A DNA stretch of 64,000 bases, from NCBI GenBank assembly GCA_024137785.1, contig JAHRHZ010000062.1, forward strand, positions 28,920,937-28,984,936, written 5' to 3'. Made by a program: the position numbers and the translations under genes. Positions 25,701 through 39,145 of the stretch are shown here, piece by piece. Numbering within the stretch: position 1 is the stretch's first letter; the number at the start of each line of letters is the position of its first letter. This DNA is from Ginglymostoma cirratum. Lineage: Eukaryota. The notes beneath the pieces were generated by a model. That model did no database searches and was not told where the DNA came from. It saw only the letters and a program-made list of their open reading frames with translations.

Positions 25701-26720
25701 TAGGAAGATAGGAAATAGGAGCAGGAGTAATCCATTCAGACATCAAGCCATACAACTAAACCATGATTGATCGTCTACCTGATTTTTTTTTTACATTACC
25801 TCCATATTCCTTCATATCTTTAATAGTACAAATCTATTGATCTCACTTAAACTCAATGACTGAGCTTCCATGGCCTTCCAGGGTAGAAAATTTTAATGAT
25901 TCACCATTTTCCCAGTGAAGAAATTTCTCATCTTAGTCCTAAATCACTTCCTTCTTATTCACAAATTGTGTCCCCTGCGTTGAAATCCCATTGTCAGGAG
26001 AAACTTCCTTTCTGCATCTACTGTTGTTCTGACTCTAAAGGAGGAATCCAGTGATACTTTTCAAGCCCCACCACTCCACAAGCTGTCCCAAAAGTGTAAG
26101 TGTTTTATTTAATTACCAAAATGGTCAATTCGTCTAGTTTTTGCATTGCTATCCAGAGTAAAATAAATGTCCAGTAGGCTTCTGTAATTAATTCAAAAAT
26201 AACGTTTAAAAGTTTGATTGTGCAGCAATTAAGCACCACCTTAAATTTTACCTCTCATCTCTCATGAAAGTTTTATTGGACTCCTCCTAAAATTAAACTT
26301 GCTTTTCCAGTAAAGAAACGGATAACCCACAGTTCTCTTTAACCTTTTGTTCCTGAGAAATCACAGGATAAAGTCTCTTCAATCCAGAAACATCTTAGCT
26401 GTTCTACATTCCACTTTCTCATAGATCGTAAGCACACATATATTTCTAACCTTACCTGTTTAAGAATTTTGTTTCCTTCATTTCAAATCATTCTAGTCTT
26501 CTAAAATTGAGAAAATACAAGTTCTGTCTACTCATTGCCTCCTCAAAAAACAGCCTGCTATTTCTGAAATCAACTGCGCAACCTTTGTTACACCACACTC
26601 TATGGCAAGTACATTCTCCCTTAGGTAAGTTAGCCAGAACAGCATACATACTCCAGACCTTCCTGTAAACAGGCAGCCTTTTGATTAATTTAATGATACA
26701 AAACATGTGATCCATCCTGA
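25700..26720 (-). mobile_element. CR1 3' fragment interrupted at about 26022-26450
   Basis: Reverse CR1 tail (ataggagcaggagta, gtgaagaaatttctc). Homology resumes at ttaagaatttt. Confidence 0.65.
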
Positions 26721-26784
26721 TTCCTTTCTTTCTTTTTCAGCCCTTATATTATTGAGCTGAGCAGAGATATCTCCTAAGAACTTA

Positions 26785-26905
26785 AGAGCCATAGAGATGT
26801 ACAGCACGGAACAGACTCTTTGTCCATTCCAACCAGATATCCTAAATTAAGCTAGTCCCAATTGCCAGCATTTGGCCTGTATCCCCCTTCCTATTCATAC
26901 ACCCC
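26785..26905 (-). mobile_element. CR1/HER1-like 3' tail
   Basis: catagagatgtacagcacggaacagac; similar copy at 37640. Confidence 0.7.
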
Positions 26906-27084
26906 TCCTTCATCTCAGAAATGATATTCTTAAGTTTGGATTTACCCAAGTTGTCATTCAGACTTTCCTTCTTTAACTTTCACTTTTATCTCCACAGCAG
27001 ATGGCTGAGATTTTTGCCCCACTACTTCAGAAGAAAGTGGTCTCCCATTTTTCTTTCAGTTCAGCAAATGTTTCTTAAATTATC

Positions 27085-27228
27085 TACTGCAGATGCTGTG
27101 GTTTCTGATGTTGACTTATTTCTCCTCCACTCTGAGGAAGGGTCACCAGACCCGAAATGTTAACTCTGTTTTTTCCTTCACAGATGCTGCCAAACCTGCT
27201 GAGCTTTTCCACCAACTTTGTTTTTGTG
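27085..27228 (+). mobile_element. Penelope-like terminal repeat with a hammerhead core
   Basis: CTGAGGA-A-GGGTC-ACCA-GACCC-GAAATGTT followed by cagatgctgccaaacctgctgagcttttcc. Confidence 0.7.
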
Positions 27229-27560
27229 TCATCCCTCTTCCTGCCTATGTCATTAGTGTCAATACGGATCACAACCTCTAGCTGCTCACGCTTCCAAAAC
27301 ATGTTGTGCCCACTTACAGCCACCCTTCACCCTGGCACCAGGAAGACAATACAGCACCATCCCGGAATCTCACTCACAGCCACTGAACTGCCTGTGTCCC
27401 TGACTATAAAAGTCCCCTATCATTACCATTAGCCTTCAACTTAACTATCTCTGCTGTACTGCAGATCCACAGTGCCTCTGATCTGGCTTCTGCTGTTGCT
27501 TTTCCCTGAGGGCATTCCCCTTGCCCCCCCCCCAACACACAGCATCCAAAATCATCAGCA
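27229..27560 (-). mobile_element. CR1 ORF1 (esterase-like) fragment
   Basis: EQLEVVIRIDTNDIGRKRD, resembling the VHIGTNDIG block. Confidence 0.65.
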
Positions 27561-27819
27561 CTTTTTCCACCATTGTGCTCTATGTCATGATTTAATAATC
27601 AATCTCTCATCAGGGATTGATGAATTCCATCAGTTAGTTGATTTAAAATAGTAAAAATATGTTTTGAAATAGACATTACTGCAGACTGATTGATTTACAT
27701 AGACACTGGCTGCCAGTCCTGCTATGGTTCTGTAAGCTATCACAACATTGTATATACACAACATGTGAAGTCCTTGAAGGTGTACTGTCTGTAAGGAAAT
27801 GTATGAATACAACGTGTAT

Positions 27820-28920
27820 CTGTTGCGCTTGTTCTTGGCAGAGGTCACAGGTTTGGACAGTGCTGTTTAAGGAGCCATGGTAAGTTGTCGCAGTACATCT
27901 AGTAGACGGGACACAATGCTACCGTGTGTGTTTGTGGTGAAGGTAGTGAATATTGAGGCTGTTCGATTGGGTGCCAATCCTGGTTGGTATCAAATTCCTG
28001 TCTTGTATGCTGTTTTGTGGAGTCAGGTGGCAAGTCACTCATTGCAGAATTCCTGGTCTCTGACCTCATCTGGTAGTCACATTATTTATACAGTCGGTCC
28101 ACTTCAGCTTCTGGACAATGATCAACTCTAATAGGGTTATAGTGGGGTATTCAGCAACAGTAAAGTCCTTGAATGTCAAAGACAAATGATTTATTTTTCT
28201 CTTGTTGCAAATGGTGTTGCTAGGTTGCTATGAATGTTCTATGCCACTTATCAGTCCAAGTCTGGATGTTGTACAAGTTTAGCTGAATTTTGACACGGAC
28301 TGTTTCAGCATGTGAGGAGGTCTGAATTCTGCTGAACACTGTACAGTCACCAGCAGGCATCACACTTCTGACTTCAAGATGGAGGCACTGTCATTGATGA
28401 AACTGCTGAATATGGTTGGGCCTAGAACACCACCCGGAGAAACTTCTTTAGTGATAACCTCTAGCTGAGTTGATTCACCTTCAACTATCAAAAACATTTT
28501 CTTTTGTGTTGGGTACAAGTTTAACCAGTGGAGAGTTTTCCGCAATTTGCATCTACTTTCAATTTCTTGAACTCCCTGAGGACAACTGAGTCAAACCATG
28601 CCTTGACACCAAAGGCAGTAACTCTACTCTCAGTTACCCTGTTTAAATCACATTTGGACCATGGCATCATACAGACAGAAGTTGTGTGGGCCAAGAGGAA
28701 CCCAAACTGAGTGTCAGTAAACAGATTATTGTTGAGCAAGTGCCAAGACTGGCACTGAGATAGTCAACAACACTCTTCATAACTTTAAACATGGAGTGTA
28801 GACTGATGGGATGTTAAGTGGCCACGTTGGATTTGTTCTACTTTCTGTGGACAGGACAGACCCAATGATTTTTCATTGTGACATTTACTATTATTATAGC
28901 TGTACTCGCACATCTTGCTT
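27820..28920 (-). mobile_element. Decayed LINE RT fragment (second family)
   Basis: NNLFTDTQFGF and VLGPTIFSSFIND remnants. Confidence 0.8.
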
Positions 28921-28924
28921 TGAG

Positions 28925-29170
28925 ATCCGAGATAGCAAGAACTGCAGATGCTGGAGTCATATGCAACAAAAAGTGTGGAGCTGGAGGAACACAGCAGGCC
29001 AGGTAGCATCAGAGCAACAGGAAAGCTGATTTTTCTCAGGAAGGGTCACCAGATCCAAAACATTAACTCTGATTTTTTCTTCAGAGATGCTGCCAGACCT
29101 GCTCAGCTTTTCCAGCAACTTCTATTTTTGTTCCTGATTCACAGCATCCGCAGTTCTTTAAGATTTTTAT
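28925..29170. mobile_element. Two abutting Penelope-like terminal fragments in opposite orientations
   Basis: aactgcagatgctggag...gcaggccaggtagcatc, then aggaagggtcaccagatccaaaacattaactctg...cagcatccgcagttcttt. Confidence 0.7.
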
Positions 29171-30399
29171 TTCAATGTGATCCACTGGTTTTGGACATCG
29201 CTTCCACATACCAATATAAATCCACTCAATTTTGTTGGACCCATAAATGTTCACCCTTGAGATATCAGAGCTTCATATTCTGCAATAATTTTCCACGTTT
29301 TCCCATCAAATCATGTTTCCAGATTTCTGATCTAGATTTTTCACAAGTTGACTGGGATATTCCGCAAGTTACAAATAATATGAAAAATTACTTAAGTATG
29401 ATATTGTCTAATAACACAAAATGGACATATTATTGGATTTTAAAAATGCTAAACATGAGAGTAACTACCATGTTTTCCCAGGTCAGATGGATATTTGTCA
29501 CATGGCCCAAGCTTGGCCTAAATAGCTCAGTGAAACAGAAACTATCTGTAATCACTCAAATTCTTCATACAGTAGATTATAAAATGTATTCGTAAATAAC
29601 TGTGCAGATAATTTTCAGTTGTGACCTTAATGATTTTGACAGCATTACCCTGTCACTCACTTACAATATTTTTATCTTCTGTTACACATGATATTCACCT
29701 TTAAAAATGCACACTCCTGTGAATAGCAATTATTGTTTGAACAATTCCTTCATTTTTATTAATACTGTTAACCTATTGATGAAATAGCACTGAAATAAGG
29801 TAAATTCCAACAGTTTTGCAAGTGGTTTGACATATCTTGCAGCTCATTCCTGCATTCTTGATTAAAAATCTCAACAATGCACTTAGTAAATTACAAAAGA
29901 TATATCGTGACAGTCATAACCAACAACAGGACTTTCTTCTCAGCCAATGTGGGAGCACAAGGGGGAATGCCTGTCAAGAATATAGCGGTTAAGTTTTCAG
30001 ATTCCAGTTCATATTTTGTGAAGACTGAAAAAGTCAGGATCAATGGATCTTTAACAAATAAATGCTCAAATTGCATACAATATTCTCTGAAGAATCTTAA
30101 TGATATAAATGACAATAGCAAGCATTTCAATTGTATATAGTGCACAAAGCCTGCCTCATTTGTATTTATCTGGTCTTATTTTAACGCTTCATTGTGAAGA
30201 TATGATTTCTTCAAAGTTAATACCCTGCACAGGATCATCACCTTCACATGTGCAAAACTCAGAATCTGTACGTGGACAGGATTGTATCATTGTTCCAAAT
30301 GGCTGAATAACTGTCTATTGCAAAAGTTTATACTCTGAACAGCCAGCTTGTCTTACACCACTGAGCTGTAAAAGAATTAACCCTAGGGCAGATCCTTAA

Positions 30400-32810
30400 T
30401 TCTCTGATTGGATGAACTAACATTGAAACCCCAAATAATACCTGGAACCCAAAAACAGGACGTGGCTACCAAGAGGAAATGAAAGGTAAGTGGAGTAAAA
30501 CATTTGCTGAACATCTTTAATATAAGTGGCAGTATAGTCCTCCATGTTGAACACACCTTTGTCAGAACCAATAAGGGAAGTAAAGGCACAGAATGCAATC
30601 TGGATGGTGGACTCTAAATGTTTATCACCAAGAATCACACAGTAAGCATTCTGATAGAACAGGCACAGCCCTGAAAGGCACACTGCCAGAACAGGCCTGA
30701 GCCAGGTTGCAAGAAAACCCAAGGTTGCAAGAAAACCCACAAGAGGAGTCAAATAATCTTGATATTGTTCTCAAGATCCTATATGTCAAAGGAAAATTTG
30801 CCTCAGATATTAATGATAATGATAATGACCATCACGCAGTTCTCATGGAGACAAAGCCCCATCTTTACATCATCCACTAAGCTGTGCAACATTACCACTG
30901 TGCTAAATAGTAAAACTTAGAACAGATCTAGCACCTCAAAACAGTGCTGTAGGCCATCAGCATCAACAATGCATTTCAGCAAAACGTATAACCTCATGGC
31001 CCAAAAAAAGCCCTCACTTTACCACTATTATCAAACTCGTAGGCGAAAGACAGCCTGCTGCGAGAAGCAGCACAAGGCATACTTAAATTAAGATGCCAAC
31101 CAGGTGAGGCTACAACAGAACTACATGCATTCTGCAATGCCAGAAATAACATGTAGCAGAGCTAAGCAAACCTAAAACCAATTGATTAGCACTGCAATCC
31201 TGTCACATCTGGTTGTGAATGGAGATGACCAATTAAACAATTAAATGAGGATTCATGAACATTCCCATTCTCAGTGACGATGAGCTCAGCAAGTCAGTGC
31301 AAAAGACAAAGCCGAAATGTTTGCAACATACAAAGAGGGGTTAAAGTAAACCCATTCTGATCTTTCTCTTAAGGTTCCCAACTTTATTGATGCCAGACCA
31401 ATAACACTCACTCCATTTAATATCAAAAACAGCCATATGCAATAGATGTAGCCAAGGCTATGGGTGCTGGCAATGTCCCACCTGTAGGGTTGGAAGACTT
31501 GTGTTTTATAACTAACTGTACCACCAGCCAAGCAACAGCACCGGTGTCTAGCTGACAAATTAGAAAATCAACCAGACACATCCTGTTCACAAAATGCAGG
31601 ACAGATCCAATCTGGCTAATTACTACCCCTTTGTTCTACTACTGAATCAAGAAGATATCAGCAATAATATTACCAAGTGACATTTACTCATGAATAACCC
31701 GTTCGCCAATGCTCAGTTCAAGTGCTGCCAGATATCCACTTAGCTCCAAGTGTGAATATAACCTTTATCTAAACATGGATGGAAGAGCAGAATTTCAGAG
31801 ACAAGTTCAGAATGACTGGCCTGGACATCAAAATAGTTTTTGACAATGTTTGGCATCAGGGAGCCCAAGCAAACCTTAAGTCTGGGGTAAAACGCACTAT
31901 TGATTGGAATCATACCAAGGAAGAAAGTCCTGGTTGTTGTAAGCCAACCACCTCAGCCCGAGGACACTGCCGGAGTTCTTCAGGGAAGTATCTTTGGCCC
32001 AGGAATCTTCAGCAGCTTCATCAATGATCTTCCCTCAATAAGGTTGGAAGTGGAATTTTCCCCGATGAATGCAATGCTTCAGTATCTGAGGAAGCCTGTA
32101 TCCATATGTAACAAGGTCTGCTAACAACACTCAGCCTCAAGTTTATGAGTAATTAGCAACAGACGGGCACCAAACAAGCAATGACCATCTCCAAAAAGAG
32201 AGAATCTAAGCATGACATACGATGGTATTACTATCACCAAATCCTTCACGTTTATCCTCTTGGGTGCTTACCACTGACCAGGAACTTAACATACAAACAC
32301 TGTTCTTATTACAGCAGTGTAGACAGCAAGAATCCCACAGCAAATAACTGACCTTTTAACTTCACAAAGCCATCAATAAAGCACAAGTGAAATCTGTGAA
32401 GGAATATACCCCAACTGCCTGGAAATGTGCATGATAAACCATTCTTCTTGACTGGCAACCCATCATGGACCTTAAACATTCACCACTTCCACCACTGGCA
32501 CATTATCGCCCTAGTTAAATGTACCATTTAAAAGATGAATGGCAGCAACTTGTCAACTGCACTTTCTCCACTTGTAAACTCTACCACCTAAAAGAATAAG
32601 GGCACGACATTCACCTCCAAGTAACACAATAATCTGTTTTATAAATATATCTATTCCTTGTTGTTGCTGGGTCACAATCCAAGAACTCCCCACTGAACGG
32701 TACTAAGGACACACCATATGAATCGCAGCAGCAGCTCACCACCATACTTTCAAGAACAATCAGGAATGCAGAAAAAATGCAGACTTTCCCAAGAATGTCC
32801 AAATAACATG
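30400..32810 (+). mobile_element. About 2.4 kb heavily decayed LINE (second family), endonuclease through 3' end
   Basis: LDIKIVFDNVWHQG and GVLQGSIFGPGIFSSFINDLP RT motifs. The 3' part resembles 10800-10980. Confidence 0.8.
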
Positions 32811-35264
32811 AATGAATTTTCAAAAAAGGTTCAACTTCCATCTGCTGGCAATTTATCAAGATAACAAAAAAAACTGGTAAGACAAAGGATTTACATACAT
32901 CTTTAGACTAGCATAGAATTACAGTCCTGAAGCATCTAATCTTGTAAATTATCAACACAGCCAAGTAGATATCTTCAGGATGTTGCTGGAATAATATGTT
33001 TCTTTTCATGCTAGAATTCTAGGCATTAGAAGCCTGAACTTGAAAGAATACAAATTTACAAATCATTTAAACATTAATAAACTGAAAATCAAAGTAGCTG
33101 AAGAACAAATCCAACACAGAAGCCAAAGAATACAACTTGCATGTCTTTTTTTAAAATCAGTAGAGATGCCACTGGATGGTCACAAACAACCATTACTGGC
33201 AAAGACACTTTGGTAGTTGGGAAAGCCTTGCAATAACCTAATATAGTATAAATGGTCTGGAAATACTTGTAGATAAATTTGCCTGCCGTTATGCTTTGAA
33301 AGGTTTAAGTTATCATGATTATAATGGACAGATTGTACATTCTCAATATGCACCTTTGATATCAAGGGTCCCCTCTGAAGGACTGTTAAATCTTTGTTCC
33401 TCTGAGCCAGTACTCTGAGGAACCATGTTAGCAGGAAACAACTGCATATCACTATGCCAGATCTGACTAGCTTCTTGAATCATTAGGCTTGCTTGCATAT
33501 TGATACAGGTTAATTGGTTTATCTGGAGAGCAGTTTCGTCTGAGAACCAGATTTGTGCCAACTGCATGAGCCTTAGGAATGTTTCGTGCTTATAAAGAGT
33601 GAGACAATGCGCAGGAACCCAACCCATCAGTGGCTTCCATTTTTCTAGGAATGCAGATATTTGAAATCATATTCCAGCAGCCCTTCTACAGAAATAACAT
33701 TCTTTCCTTGGAGTTGATGAATGCCTGTAGTTTTGTGAAGCGCCCAATGGTTCTACTAAGATTGAAAAAAAGTCCTTTCCTAACTTAGATCAATGTTGTT
33801 CCAGATCAGAGTCAGGCTACCATAGAAAACATTTGTTTGCAGTGTTCAACTATGTTCATGAAAGTGGAGAACTGGGTTGTTCTCTGTAGGACATTTGTGC
33901 ATTTTAAGAGACTGGCTTTTGACATCCTTTTAGCTATGAACAGTCATCTAGCCAATAAAATCTGGATGTTAAGAAGTAATTCGATGTTGCAAAACAAACG
34001 TGTAGATGAAATAGATGCCACAAGTTAATCATTAAAAAGGTCTATGATTTTCAAATCTGAAAGCTGACTTTGGTTGATGGCTGAGGCAGATTTAATCAAA
34101 GCTGAGAGGAATTGATGGCTCAAGATAAAAATATGCCCATTAAATGGTGAAAGTCACCTTGCCAGTCCTGAAGCAAGCAATAAAAATTTCAGTAACTCGA
34201 AGAAAACCTTTTCTCTGTGCATTTAAGCAGCAGAATGAGACCCTGAACTGAAAATAAAGAATCAACAGAACACAATAATAAACTTCTCTGTACAGGTGAT
34301 ACATTTGCTGCTGATGAAATTAGAAAAATAAATCAATTGTGGCCACCATGAAGTTTGATTAAAAGGACGATGACTATTTTTGTGGAATTCTCGCAATTTG
34401 CGTTTTTAAAAAATGAAGATGATTTTTAGGTGGAAAGCAGTAGAATTTATTATTTAGAATAATTTATCAACAGAACTGGATTAACTTTTAAAAAAAAGAC
34501 AAACAAAATATCCATTGATTGGTGTGAACCACAAACCTGGGAAAATAAGACAAATAAAAAGTTTTCAAAAATGTTGCTTATTACTATATATTTGTGTTCT
34601 ATGATGTATCAGGCAATGCCAATTGATTTCTAAAAGCAAACTGCTAACCAAATTTACGAAGTAAAAATGCAATCTCGCAATCAATATTATCCTTTTGATA
34701 CATGGTTGATTACCTCAATTTCTGAACTCCATGAAGTAGTAACTATTTTCTTGAAAAGTAAAAAAGGGAGGTAAAAAAAATAAAGCAAAAGGACACAAAA
34801 TACTCTCCACTGAGTTTTAAAAAAAATATATTTCCAGAGCGAGAACAACTTTAGCAAACACAAGGTAAGAAATTGACGCAAATTGTACCATATTACTGTT
34901 TGTTTAAAAATGCTGTAAGTTAACCACTTGGTCGGCAGTATTTTAAAAATCCACTGAAAACAATTATAAAAATTATATACTAATTTATAGAGCAAGGAGA
35001 TTGCTCTAACTACTGATAAATACAAAACAGAAGGTGTAGCAGTTTTCTGTACTATTGTCTGAAAAACAAGTGTTTGCCTAGTCACATTTTTAAAAATAAG
35101 TATTTAAACACAATCAAGATGCAAAATGTCTAAACACCAAGGTTGTCTGTTAGACAGACATTGCTACTAATATTGGACACGACAGAACAAATGTGTGCTT
35201 TTTTATATATATAATATAATATATATATATAAAAAGTGTATATATGAACATATATACACGTACA

Positions 35265-37196
35265 CACAAAATAAACAAGTATTTTAATGGAATAAATTAC
35301 ATACAGTATGTTGGGATGTGTTCATATTTTTAACATTTAGTGCACAGCTTATAAAAGATCTAACAACCATGGTTGCAGCATTCAGCTTGCTCAACACTTC
35401 CTTCTTTATCAATCAAGTACAGTACCTTTATATTTCTGCCTCTCCCTTATTTTATCAATATTATCAGTCACTGGGGTAATGTACTCTGTTATGTAACATG
35501 CATATTATTGGCGCACTGACTTAAGATTTCTGATCTATTACAGACAATAGGACAAAGAGCATGGCATTCATTTCATGGCCAATGTGACAACTTGAGGTTT
35601 AGTGCGTTAACATTGTAAGTGGCTGAGAAAAGGCACACAAACACATTGTTGCAGAAATTAAGGAGTGATAAAATGCTCCCATGGCTATGAGAAGCCTTAT
35701 TCCTGCTGACAGTGATGAGTTGAAATCTCTTGCTATTCATGGTATTTACAGACCTACTACTCGCATCATCCGCAAAGGTATATAAAATGCATTTTGATAC
35801 AATCCATTATTAATACAAACATTTTCAGATGAATTAATTTTTTATATAATGTAGGCATCAATCTGTGCATAACTAAAAACACTTGTTTGGTATTAAAAAG
35901 GTGCACAACCATTCCAGTAGCTATTTGTACAGTCTACATAAGAAAATTACATACCTGCAGCCTAAACTAACTTACAAATATTGTGTAAAAGCTGTACATG
36001 CATCTTCTTTGCAACCATATTTACACTGGATGAGTTTGCAGATAAATAGTTCTGAGTAGGTACGATGCCCTTGTGGAATGTCTAGAGTTTCTACTGTGAA
36101 AAAATAGAACTACATAGTATATGTATGACATACTCCAACATATTGAAATCATATTGGCAAGTATTTTACTATATTTTCAAGGTATACTGATTGCAATACA
36201 CAGTAACCTTTCAGCCTCACGATGTGCAATAACCAACGCATATTATTAGCAATGTGGATATATAAGTGAGAAAGTCTGTGTATGGTATGTGACATGAAAG
36301 ACCAGATGAATTTCCCAAACAAAAGTAGACTCAAAATAACATGTTAATTACATCAAATGTTTTTTCTTTCAACCTGCATAATTTCAATGGCATTGCTTCA
36401 TGTATCTTAGCATGGATCCTGAGTTGCAGTGAGAAAAGAACTATAACATTAAAAATCCCTTCATCATTAACATTACTCCACTGTTCTATTACAGAACAAT
36501 TATGTTCGGGCAAACTGAAATGCTTGGCCACTGTGCATTTCTGGTTACTTCCAGCACAAGAAAGGCAAAACCTAACAAGGCAAATTGTACATTAAAAAGC
36601 ATCAAAAAAAATGATGCAGCTAGAATTTTTAGTCACTAACATTCTTTTCTGCAGTCAAATAATGAGACAAGGATTCTACACGGATTTTACCTGCATTAAA
36701 GCAGATACTTTCAGAGAAAAAAAATCAGGGGCCCTTACAACAAGGCTCTTTACTGCAGTGCTCCATTCTGAATTGCTACAGACACAATCCATAATTTTCA
36801 AGTCCACCTGATATAGATGCTGGACATCTGATACGTGCTTAACGTCCACCTTCTTCCTTACTAACGGAACACAGTAAACTTGTAATTCACTTTGGTAACA
36901 GCAGTTGCTAAGCTGAAGTTTTTGCAACATCCTCCAGTACCACATGGAAACTGAGCACTCTTCATTCTGAAAGGCAGCATCAACATGAAAAGATTTGGAC
37001 ACCACAGGGCACAAGGGCTTTGTTCCATGGTATACACGAATTTTTCCATGGGTGAAAGTGCATTTGAGTGGGATTCTGCTGAGTGCTAGAATCCTCTCAC
37101 AGTATTAAGGCCTTTTAACAAAGAAGTATATCAGTCTCTGGTATCAGCAGAGTGAGGCTTTAATATATTGTTTAATTAGCACTGCATCTTCTCTTC
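35265..37196 (-). other. PDE3B: Probable PDE3B 3' UTR, with candidate ATTAAA signal at 35288-35283
   Basis: AT-rich sequence with no recognisable TE after the stop. On the - strand ATTAAA is followed by a GT/T-rich tract (ttgtttattttgtgtgtacgtgt). The true end is uncertain. Confidence 0.5.
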
Positions 37197-37460
<264 letters not shown>

Positions 37461-37639
37461 TTAAAAATGCTAAATGTTTTTGCCATCATTGTTACTAACC
37501 AAAATTAGTGTATATATTTCCTACATTCGTTGTTCTTGATCTACTTGCACTCAATAAAACCCATATAACTTATTTGGAACAATTACAAACAGACAACTTT
37601 AACAAGTTTGGTAACAGTAACTAGCCACAATGCATATAC

Positions 37640-38235
37640 AGTCACAGAGATGTACAGCATGGAAACAGACCCTTTGGTCCAACTCATCCGTGCCAAACAG
37701 ACATCTTAAATTAATCTCGTCCCATTTGCTCGCAGTTGGCCCATATTCTTCTAAACTCTCTTAATCATGTATCCATCCAGATGTCTTCTAAATGCTGTAA
37801 TTGTACCATATGATACAACTTCAACTTAGATAACCAAATTTCCGACAAGGTGAAGCCTTATTTGTCACATCGGAAAATGTAGCATTGTTTTGAATAAACC
37901 TATTTGGATGTGTTATGAGACACTTCCTTGGATTTCTCATCCTGATGTGGAACTTGACCCTAAAGCTTCTGGTCCAAAGGTATAAGATTCTTAGGAGGCT
38001 TGACAGGGTGGATGTGGAGAGGCTGTTTCCACTTGTGGGAGAGTCTAATCTCTAAAATCTAAAGATCATAATCTCAAACTAAGTGGTTGCCCATTTAAGA
38101 TACACAAAGAGGAATTTCTGCCCTCAGAGGGTAGTGAATCTGGGGAATTCTTTACTGCACAGAGGTGTTGAAGATAGGTCATTAAGTATACAAGACTGAC
38201 AGATTTTTAATTAGTAAGGATTCAAAGATTATACG
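37640..38235. mobile_element. CR1 3' fragments (- strand 37640-37810, + strand 37980-38235) in the last PDE3B intron
   Basis: cacagagatgtacagcatggaaacagac and gaggaatttctgccctcagagggtagtgaatctgggg. Confidence 0.7.
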
Positions 38236-38349
38236 AATAAAATACAGTGACCGAACCCACATACTTTATGTGAAAGCAACATGCTCTAACCATCTAACTG
38301 ACAGTACACTACAAATGTAGCATTTATGTTCACCTTTGTTCAGAATTTA

Positions 38350-38679
<330 letters not shown>

Positions 38680-38896
38680 TTAATCCTGTGGCAAAATTTG
38701 TGATGAACCTCAAGTTAAAAGTAGCAATTTGTGAAAGATTATTCTAAACATATTTACTTTTTATTAATTGCTTTTGTACAACACAATAAAAATACACAGA
38801 CTCTAGAAATAAAATGGTCACTATTAGTGCAATACAAAACTTAAATGCAGTAATCCATTTAGAATGTAAAATAATTCATAATGAGGATAGGCCCTA

Positions 38897-39145
<249 letters not shown>

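Noticed and set aside
28948-29595. 215-aa ORF, the longest non-exonic ORF
   Set aside because: It starts inside Penelope-like repeat fragments and runs into AT-rich sequence, with no recognisable domain or splice context.
30704-30739. 18-bp tandem duplication aggttgcaagaaaaccca x2
   Set aside because: Simple slippage within a dead LINE; two units and no spacers, so not CRISPR-like.
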